Below, piece by piece: positions 53,556 through 64,000 of a DNA stretch of 64,000 bases. The first letter of the stretch is position 1; every line of letters starts with the position of its first letter. The translations under genes were made by a program, and so were the position numbers. The DNA is from Octopus vulgaris. Lineage: Eukaryota. Below the pieces are notes generated by a model. It was not told where the DNA came from. It worked only from the letters and a program-made list of their open reading frames with translations, and ran no database searches. The stretch is from the NCBI GenBank assembly GCA_951406725.2, contig OX597820.1, positions 125,054,001 through 125,118,000 of the forward strand. Reading direction: 5' to 3'.

Positions 53556-54394
53556 TTTGGTATTTTGGAAGTTATTTCATGTTAAAGTTGTCGTATTTGG
53601 GTAATTTAAAACGATTAACGACGTTAATTCATTTGAAGAAAGCTACTGCAGTTTGCGTTAGTAATCGAAGCGGAAGAACGTCCGGGTCATCTCTACAAAA
53701 TATCCCCACTCTGTTCCATTTGTATGTCGTGCCAAGACGATGCCACCTTTATCCTTTCTTCCTTTCTACTCAGCACAGTGCATTCTTTACTCTTTCCCTC
53801 TCTTCTACAGTATGATCTGAGAACCAGTGAACAAACTTGTCACTGCCACTACAACTGCCCTATTTTCCGCTGTTTGCTTTGATTTAACTTCGTATTTTCA
53901 TAACGTTATTTTTAATCTGATAAAGACTTTTGTATTGATGAAATGTGTTTGTCGTTGATTATAGAAAAATTAAATTATGACAATAACAATACATCACAAA
54001 TTTGTAAAATAAGGCATTTTGGAACTACATACACGTCAACAACAACAAAAAAAGGCCTGTTACGGTCTCGTAACTCTATAGGTCTTTAAAACACCGGTGC
54101 GCTTTATGTGTGGATAAAACACCGATTCCGGACAAATGAATAAATACCCGCAACTGATATTTCTTCCTTCTTGATGTTGATTCCTCCATGTTTACTGGTT
54201 ACTCTGATGCGAGAACCCCCCTAAAAAGCGTGTAATATGCAACAGAGGCAATGAATAAAAAATAAAATAGAACAGAGTGGTAAAATTTAATAGAGATGAC
54301 ACGGAAACTCTCTTCAATTGAATACACGTCGTCGATTGGCTGAAATTACCCAAATACGACAAATTTAACACGAAATAACTTCTAAAATACCAAA
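53556..54394. repeat. diverged inverted repeat pair (about 93-bp arms, about 650-bp spacer)
   Basis: 53556-53648 is the reverse complement of 54301-54394 (TTTGGTATTTT.GAAGTTATTTC.TGTTAAA.TTGTCGTATTTGGGTAATTT); also seen as similar peptides in ORFs 53537(+) and 54192(-). Confidence 0.85.
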
Positions 54395-55979
54395 ATGATT
54401 TCATATGGTAAAAACCTGTCCTGATTTTTATGTCCTCTATGAAGTCGACGTAGACTCTGTAATCAGGGCAGTCACATCTTTTGACTTTTTGCGTGGTATA
54501 TGTGGAGAATTATTTATCGCTGGGGAGTAGTTAGTTTTGGAGATTTTCATTGATGTCTGCATTTGATTATTTTAAATATTTCGAATGCTTTTTTCATTCT
54601 TGGGTCTTGTCGCAGTAATGAAATTTTCGGTTGGATAATATTGTAAACCTTTACGTTTTGGGCGTTGTAGTTTGTATTAATAACATATAGAATATTGGGT
54701 GTATCTGATGTGTGCTTTCGTAGTTATTGAATAGCAATTGCTTTGACACGTTTTAAGCCGTTGTTTATTAACACTGATGGATTCTAGTTTTCGAGTAATT
54801 GTTGTTTTAATCACTTTGAACTTTTAGTACGAGTTTCAACTATTGAAACAATTGTGAAGATTTCTCTTGGTAGATTAAATGTGTTTTGTGTTTGGTATGC
54901 CCTAAGATGAATAGCTGGTATTGTTTATAATCTACAGACATCGCACTTATAGGGATCAATGCTTAGAGCTCACACCGCATAATTTGTTTACAGTGGGCCG
55001 CCGATTAGCGCTGGCACTCATTGTACGATGACTGAGATAACACAAGCTCGAAGCACCCCCGGCCGGTTTCTGTGACTGGAGAGGAGATAACAACTCCCGT
55101 ATACATCCATCTCCCAGACTGGATAGGTGACACTGCGAGCTGATTTAGGTATATTTACACCATTTGTCTAGAACGAGAAATTTTCTCCGAGACAAAACAC
55201 AATGGATGGCTCTTTTCGAGTTCGAACCTGCCACAAGCATATTTAAACTGGTAATATCATTACATTTATACACATCACTGCTTAGCGCTCTCCATCCGTA
55301 CTCTAATGATCCATTTTCCAAGTATTATATTATTTGGCTGAAATCCATTTGCGTAAAATTAATATTTATCGATATAATTATATTACTAGAAATCTTTTAC
55401 AATTTACTGATAGACATACCAATACATAATTTACGTACTTTAATACATAAAATATAATGAATTTAGAAGATATAAAAAGTATACTAAACTATAAGTTCCT
55501 GCTTTACATATAGTAATTTTACATATGTAATGAACGATGTCACTTGTTGAAGGAATACTATCGTATATATAAGTTGTGTGTTAGCATATTCTTAATGCCA
55601 TTAATCGGAATTTTTTTCTAAAATATTTCATGATGTCTAAAGGTGAGCAACGCACGGCTTTATACAAGACTCTTAAATGATTCTTATGAAACAATTCGTA
55701 TATAGATTTCATATTCACTTGATACTTATTTTGTATATAAAGATGTTTCCTTCCACGAGATTTGGAGCCTTGTGATATGTGCACTCTTCAAATACAATAA
55801 AATTTAATATGTACTCACAATTCACGATACTGAGTACGTTCTACATGGAAATTTAAAAGAATGAGTACTTCTTTATTTCTTTCTTTCCTTCTTGCATTCT
55901 TTCTTTCTTCATTCTTTATTTTGTGTCAATCTAGTTTTCTCCCTCTATCTCCTTCTCTCTCACACGCATATATACATAC

Positions 55980-56046
<67 letters not shown>

Positions 56047-56459
56047 TGTGTGCGCGCGTGGGTGTATAGGTAACAATCCATGTACGTATGTACGTATGTA
56101 GCATGTGTGTATGCATGTCTGTGTGTATGCATGCATGTATGTATGTATGTATGTATGTATGTATGTATGTATGTATGTATGGGAGCGTACTTTATGGAAA
56201 AATCTTTCGGATGCCCACCTCATTAGCTCTTTTCAGTCAATGTTCATTGATGTATGATATCTGAAGTAAAGAGTAGTTACGTTTCAGCTCACGTGTATAA
56301 TTGCATAAGAGTTTCGCACGATTCAGCAGACAACTGAATGACAAGCAATAAAAATATATCTCAAGTAGGTTACATTTATAGCCTAGGATTGCCTGCTTTC
56401 GTGCAGTTTCGAATTCAACCACTCACATTGCTCACCACGAGCATGATACGAATTCACAC

Positions 56460-56565
<106 letters not shown>

Positions 56566-56745
56566 CATATATATTTATATAAATGTATATATATATATAT
56601 ACATACATATATACATATATATGTATTAGTATATATATATCTCTACACATACACGTATCCAAATACTTACATACACACACACAGGCGCCCATATACGCAC
56701 ACCTAAACACATATGCACAAATATACATCGTTACATAAATGCATC

Positions 56746-56855
<110 letters not shown>

Positions 56856-57824
56856 GTATATATATGTACCATAATCTATCAAATATCATGATAGATAAAT
56901 GTCAAACTGTGCGGTTGTCGTTTATTTCTATTATCAGAATTTTTATCAGCAAACAACCATGACCCTGTCAATATTTTCAATTTCTGCGACTGATTTACAT
57001 TTGAATGTTATGCTGTCAGGTTACATCTCGGTTACTAACCACTCCAGTGATTTTTATGCGTTTCTCTTCTCTTTACACTGCGCTCTTTTCTTTTATTCTC
57101 CCTTTGTGATGCAGTTGTGTTTACTGGTGCCTACCTCAGAAAAAACTGTGTGTTTACTTGATTTTAGATTTTCAAAATCTTTTTGTACTCCCATTGTTTT
57201 ATTTCGTTATTTTTTGTTGATTTTTTTCTTGTTGTGCCATTTACGTATTGTTAGGATAGGATTAAATTTATGTACTGTTATAATATCTTGTGTTGTTCAA
57301 TGTGAGCTAAATTTTCTTTCTATATTTTCATTGATGCTCTGCGGGTATCGATTCACTTCCGATACTTATTTACTCTCGGTCTATTCACACCAGTGTTCAC
57401 TGAACCTTAAATATATTCTAAGTGTCACTGCTCTGGTTTAGGTTGTGCTGGTGACACTATAATGCACTTCCCTTAATATTTTGTGCCACATTATATTTAT
57501 GTCGTTACAATTTATACGTGGGTTGCTTGTCCACACACTTCTATAGGCGTCATTGCATTATTTTTTTTAATAATTTTTGCAGAGTACATGATAACACTAT
57601 AAAGGGTCTGCTTCTTCTATCTGTTACATTGCGTCTTAGTTCTTCTTTTATCGTGTTTTCGTAAAACTGTAACAGCTGGTCACTAAGTGAAGAATCGATA
57701 AATATAAAACCCCGGAAGGTGTTGATATAACTTGAACGATTCCAATTCTAGCTATAGCTCTTCTCTATTTAAGAATTTCATGTTCATTGGGTACAGTCTA
57801 ATTATTGTTATCGCTGTAATCAAC

Positions 57825-58252
57825 AAGGCGGCGAGCTGGTAGAATCGTTAAATGTGAAATGCTTTGCGGCAATTCGTCTGCCGCTACATTTAGATTTGAA
57901 ATTATGCCGAGGTCGACTTTGCCTTTCATCCTTTCGGGTCGATAAACTAAGTACCTGTTATGCAATGGAGTCAATGTAATCGATTAGTCCCCTCACCCAA
58001 ATTGTGCCTATAGTGGAAAGGATTATTGTTAAAATCAATAAGGCGGCTATCTGGTAGAATCGTTAGCAGCCCAGGCAAAATGTTTAGCGGCATCTCATCT
58101 ATCTTTACGTCTGAGTTAAAATTACACCGTTCGTTTTCATTCCTTCTGGCTTCATAAAGTAAGTACCAGTTGAGCCCTAGACACCGATATAATCGATTTA
58201 CGCGCTGCGACGAATTTGCTGGTTTTGTATCAAGGATTTGAAACCATTATTA
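57825..58252 (+). mobile_element. two tandem family-1 SINE copies
   Basis: AAGGCGGCGAGCTGGTAGAATCGTTA...GAGGTCGACTTTGCCTTTCATCCTTTCGGGTCGATAAA at 57825-58030; second copy at 58040-58252 with a different 3' tail. Confidence 0.9.
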
Positions 58253-58479
58253 TTAAAGTAGATTTAATGACTATCATCAGTTTTCAACACAGCTCCAACA
58301 CAGAAACACACTGATATGATTGACAGTAGAAATGTTATTTTGCATTATCTAATATAATCATTTGCAGCATTTGGAATCATAGAGAAACGTGTTTAAAATG
58401 TTTGTGATGAGATAAGAAATTCTGAAGTAAACCAGCATTTCTTGTACCTCGCCAACAATATAACAGTGTCAGGTTAAAC

Positions 58480-59178
58480 ATATAAACTTAGATAAACTTA
58501 GATATGTTTCGACCAGAGATTGGTCCAGGCCATGTCTAACTTAATAGCACCACCTGATAGGATTATTCGAATCCTGTTTAAGTCAAGTAGTGAGTTCTTT
58601 TTGGGTGAGTTGTATCCAGTTTTGTTCAAGTAGTGAGTTCTTGTTGGGTGAGTTGGATCCAATTATGGGTGGCTTATCTGGTATTCTTTGAAGGAATCTA
58701 TCCAGACTCTGTTTAAAGTTGACGGGATCCTTTTCCTCTTTGATCTCCCTCGGGACAATGTTAAATAGGGCGGGGCCTGTTGAGGAAAAGAAATTATGTT
58801 GCAGTGTACATGTATGTTGTGATCTTGAATTTGGCAGGGGACGTATAGCCCGTGTTCCAAGTCTTGGATGAACCTTGAAGCTAATGTTTAGGTCGTTTGG
58901 GCAAAGTTGGCGGTATATTTTCCACATCGTACAAATGATGTACCGCTCACGGCGACGCTGGAGGGAGTAAGGTTTCAAGGCTTTAAGGCGATCCCAATAA
59001 TCAAGAGCAGCCATGCCTTCAATTTGTTTAGTGAGTGCCCTCTGGGGTGACTCAATTCTGGAGATGTTTTGTCTTGTGTGAGGAGACCACAGTGGGCAGC
59101 AGTATTCAAGGTGTGGCCGTACAAAGGAGGAAAAAAGTGGTATGATGACACCTTGTTCTCTGGACCGGAAAGTTCTTA
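58480..59178 (-). mobile_element. CR1/L2-group LINE 3' end, 5'-truncated
   Basis: RTFRSREQGVIIPLFSSFVRPHLEYCCPLWSP...RIESPQRALTKQIEGM..LDYWDRLKALKPYSLQRRRERY..GPALFNIVP..FKQSLDRFL; short tandem tail (ATCTAAGTTT)2; 43-bp tandem duplication at 58583-58661. Confidence 0.92.
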
Positions 59179-62100
59179 ACTGTTAAAGCAGCAAAACAAA
59201 TTCAGTAATGGAATATCATATATCAACTAAATCAAATAACGGACTAAATCACAAAACGAAACAAAAACAGTATATTTGTGTTTATAATAGTAAAACAATT
59301 GATTTAAAACAATGTTTCCCTGAGGTATTTCGTTTGGCCATATCACTGTTATTCATAATCAACGAATTTCTCTATATTCCGCCCTTCTCCTCTCTCTGTC
59401 CTTCCCACTTCCTCCCTCTTCCTCTCACCTTCTCTCTCCCTCCCTAAGGATCACTCGCAGTTTCTTTTTTTTTCTCTAAGCTGAACGCGTTCTATTTATG
59501 GGAGTCATTTCACTCCTTTGACACAGCGACTTCCTAATTTATCAATTTCCAAGAAGTGAAATTATCACAGAAATGGAAGTCCTGCTAAAATTAACGAGGG
59601 CTACACTTAATCACATATACTGACACTTTCATTCTAGGATTATATAAGTGCCACTGCCAGGTCCCCCATCCAACTCATATTTGACCATACTGCGAGTGTG
59701 TTTGTGAATTCCCCGGGGACTTTATGGTGTTTGCACAGTGACCTGGCTTTAACTAATGTTGAAAAATTGGTAATTCGACTGTTTTAGTTTGTATTTGATT
59801 AGACGATCGTGACTCTATAATTAGAATAGGATATTTGATTAGACTCTTTCCAATCTGTTACTCTTTACTGTTCTGCACTTTCCACTCGATATTAATTAAT
59901 AGCTAATGAAGTTATTTAAGTTAATTCAGCTAATATATGTAAAGTGACTACCACGATAATTTTAGTAAATTGAAACGACACTAATATTATGGATCAGTAA
60001 ACATTGTTCAAGAATGCCTACGCAAACACACCGACAAAAGACAAGATGAATCAGAGTCGCAATTAATTAATTTTATAAACAAGCGTCAGTTTAGGTGATT
60101 CTACCCGCTTCCTAGTACCGAAAATAATACAGTTTAACCACAATGCGTTATATCTGAGAGAGGTTAAATATATTAATAAGGACAGACTTAACTTTAGATG
60201 CCGTGGAAAACATTGAACATTTGGTCTCGTTTGTTCTTTTAGGTTTATAAATAATAAATTGATGAAGCTTTTAGTTGGACAGAACAGAATTATAAATCAC
60301 ATCACAGAGAGAAATGCCCGATGCCTGGAATTCCTTTAAAGTTAGAACTATCGCAATTCATTACGATAATTTTCTACAGGAAATTCACTGAGAAATATTC
60401 TGTTGTCACAATTTCGAGATTGGAATCTGCGAATACTCCGAGGGTATTTTGTCCATTTGAGATGTGCCTTCTGTAATAGAATTAAAAACCGAAATGTATC
60501 TCTTTTTATACATTGAAACTACTCATTTTATGTACGTAATAAATGGAATATTTCTGAAAGCAATCGATTAAAAATATACGCAATATTTGCTGAATATTTC
60601 ATGGCAACACATATTAATGGAGATTAATATACAGGTGGAAGAAAATAAAAGGAAGGCACTAAGGTTTAAAATAATATTTACAGTCGCCCCAGGGCTAATA
60701 TAAAAATATATAAATCTCACAAAACAAAAGTATTATCACTAGAAAATCTTAAAAGTACATTTTACTGCTCTGAAAGAGTAAGTATAGATTTAAAATGCTT
60801 CATTTTTCTATTATTCTATAATCTAATGTTTTATGTATTGTGCTGAATATGAATAATAAGTGTTTATCATTACCTCACTATTTACAATTTGTTATGCAAA
60901 AGTTGTCAGCACATACGAAATCAGTTTTAAAATAATGTAAAAATATGAATGCTCATATTTCAGTTTTGTGTCTCTGCATAAGTTTATGAATTTGAAAGTT
61001 GACTGCCAGTGCATTTGCAGACTCACACACACACACACTCATACGCGCACACACACATATACGCACACACACACACACATTAGAACACACATGATCACAC
61101 ACATACACACACATTTATATTTATATGGTTGTCAGAGCTAACAGCTAACAGAGGATCGAACTTCATTCCTTGTTGTAAATTCTATATCTGCTAACGGAAA
61201 TATAAGCATCTCCGGCGCATTAAATTTGAACTCTTTAGCTAATAGAATTGTTTGTAGCTTGGGCACAAGGCCAGCATTTTTTCGACGAAAGAGGCTTAGT
61301 GGATTATAGTTTCCCGATCAGTTGCTTTGTTGATGATTACATTTATATAAAAAAATATAGAAATATTATTTAATTTAGTTTCATTCTTAGAACCAAGGCT
61401 ATCGTTGGGATACCCTTTAATGGGTTCAGTAAAGGAAATCTAACATAATACTTGCTGTATGAGCCTTTTGTAGTTCATCCTTGGCCCAGTGTAATGAAAG
61501 GCTAATTGGATTTGGCATAAAGAAATGAAAAATAAATCGCAATCCATTGTAGCTAGTGTCTCGGGAGGTATTCTACAAATGTACCAAAATTAGTGAAGTC
61601 AACGTAATGAACAATATTTTATTCCAAACAAATTTTGGTCAATACATATCGACAATAATTACTTCAAAAACAAAAGGATTTGAAATTTATAAAGTGCAAG
61701 TACTAACGTAGAATAAGTAAGAAAATACACAACAAAACACAATAACTAAAAATAAAATATTAAAAAATATATATACATGTAAAATATTCCTTAGTCTTGC
61801 TGTTATACCGCCCATGATGGTATATGATTTTTGTTTGTAACATGATTTTTGTTTACTACACCAAATACAGCCGCATAACAGGAAGCTATGTAACAAGAGT
61901 TGGTCATCTTATTGTAACCATTCACATAATCCCAATCCAATACACCAAAGCAGAATCAATAACCAGAGTAACGCTCTTACAGTTCGACCTCAACTGTTTC
62001 CTGGCTCATCTGTTTATGAGACTCGTCCGGTCCACTGGCTGCCATGTGCTGGGGTGACAGTTCACTCCACAACACTTTCCTATACGCGTGGGAAATACTA

Positions 62101-62347
62101 CTGACTAGGTCCGGATAAAGCACACCATATGCTTACCCAGCGGATGTTGGTCGTACATTTGCCTCGTGATCACAAATACACCAACAGACGTTTGTCAGTT
62201 CTTTGATGTAGGTAGATATACTCACGTTTAGGAGAAACTATTCGTTTTAATATATTTGTCTTGGTTTTCTAATAAAAAAAATCTCCAATATTTAAGCCAC
62301 AAATTTGTCTCAATTTTTATCTCATCGAAATAGCCATCAAGTTAAAC

Positions 62348-62348
<1 letters not shown>

Positions 62349-62379
<31 letters not shown>

Positions 62380-62520
62380 CTTCTTCTTCTTCTTCTTCTT
62401 CGTCTTCTTCTTTTCCTCCTTTTTTCCTCCTCCTTCTTTTCCTTCTCCCCTCCCCTCCTTCTTCTTATTCTCCTTCTTCCTCCTCTTTTCATTCCCCTAC
62501 TCCCCTTCTTACTCTTCTTC
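62349..62520. repeat. (CTT)n and polypyrimidine tract
   Basis: Direct reading. Confidence 0.9.
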
Positions 62521-63355
62521 CTAGTTTTAGTAAATATCTTCAGAATGTGAACAATAAATTGATACAATGGTAATGGTAATAGAGTTAACATTTGTTATTC
62601 TTACATTATATTATGTTCTTAAGTTGATTATTCCGCTAGGGAGTGGGTGTCATTGTAGTCGATTGGTTAATTCATGGTTTCACTGGGAAATCAAAGCGGG
62701 GTGCATAATATTTTGGTGTGAAATTCCGAGTTTCACTAAACACATTTTTCTGTATACTCGGGTATTAAATTGGTTTTAATCAGCCGTGAGTTTTAGTCAC
62801 CAGCAATGTACATGAAGCGGGGATACCTCTAAGTTAAAGTGAAAAGGGAGCTAACTCAAATCGGATTATGTTCACTAGGGAGAATGGTTTAAAATTATAA
62901 TATGGCTAAAGTTAAGGAAGTTCATAATTATAAAAGGGGCCCTATGAAGGTGTAAATAAATTATTAAGGAATATGGAGGGTGATTGGTGTTGTGGTCACA
63001 GTTTATGTATAATAGTTTAAGGTTGTTCCTAGCTAATTAGATTTATATAGATGAATATGCTAGTGTGGGATTTGTAGAGGGTCATACTATCTTACCGATA
63101 CTTTGTATATATGTATAGCTATGTATTAAGTATATTATTAAACTTACTAATGTTTTCAACAAATTCATTCACATTTACGTAAACGGAGGATGTTAGATGT
63201 TAATATAGACGATATTTTTTTTAATATTATTCATGTAGCTACACAAATGTTTCATACAGAAAGACAGGGGATTTTCCCTGTAAGTTTGGAATAATATTTC
63301 CTCATATTATTATTATAATTATTTTTATTATACTTATTATTATTATTTTTTTTAT

Positions 63356-63446
<91 letters not shown>

Positions 63447-63474
63447 ATTGTAATTATTATATATGTGTGTGTGT

Positions 63475-63745
63475 TGTTTGATCCTTCTCATGCCATGCCT
63501 GGCTCATAGGGCCTGTGTCCCGGTTTCCTTGGCGGCGCATAGGCTCCCCTCCTGGACAAGACGCCAGTCCATCGCAGGTGAGTTACAAGATGCAGGAGGA
63601 AAGAGTGAGAGAAAGTTGTGGCAGAAGTTCGCCATTACCTTCTGCCGGAGCCGCGTGGAGCTTAGGTGTTTCGCTCATAAGCACATCGCTCGGTCTCAGA
63701 TTTGATCCCGCACTCCCTCGACCGCGCGTCCGTTGCTCTAACCAC
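63475..63745 (-). mobile_element. tRNA-derived SINE, family 4 (V-SINE-like 3' motif)
   Basis: Minus strand: GTGGTTAGAGC (A box), GGGATCAAATC (B box), later CCTGCGATGGACTGGCGTCTTGTCCAGGAGGGG. A possible decayed relative lies at about 55050-55140. Confidence 0.7.
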
Positions 63746-63767
63746 ACACACGCACACACACACACAG

Positions 63768-63819
<52 letters not shown>

Positions 63820-64000
63820 GCATGTAAAATACGTATAAATGGAATCAGCTTTGTTGTCTGTGGAAACATTTATTGTCCATAAAGAATGATTACAATAGAA
63901 TTATTAAAAATTTGTTTTGAAAGGTTTCGATTAACTCATCGAAATTAAATGTCTTTTCATATTTCAATCATAAGCGGAAACGTGGCCATTGAGATGCATA

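Noticed and set aside
56899-57441. 180-aa hydrophobic ORF
   Set aside because: T-rich compositional bias; no recognisable domain or splice context.
62770-63100. Possible mitochondrial insertion (strand-skewed composition)
   Set aside because: No mitochondrial gene recognised in the frames tried; needs BLAST.

Overview
AT-rich, microsatellite-saturated animal genomic DNA; the SINE families and repeat texture suggest an octopus/coleoid cephalopod (inference, not searched). No host protein-coding gene can be supported: most ORFs in the track are microsatellite read-throughs, so the window is probably intergenic or intronic. Recognisable content is almost all mobile DNA: several tRNA-derived SINE families, two decayed full-length mariner elements plus a MITE, RLE-type LINE fragments (HERO-like, R4/Dong-like), a CR1-type LINE 3' end, and three Penelope-like (GIY-YIG) retroelement remnants, one with an open 377-aa ORF. 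The least expected signal is a set of about 8 minimal type I hammerhead-ribozyme (HHR) motifs, read by eye, mostly just upstream of (TA)n tracts. They include a repeat family whose core reads GUGAACA (compensatory G3-C8 swap), a tRNA-headed SINE with an HHR-like tail, an HHR inside a perfect 57-bp inverted repeat, and a Penelope-like element whose upstream repeat begins close to the predicted HHR cleavage site. A 630-bp fold-back inverted duplication is also present. All folds are manual; no activity is demonstrated.
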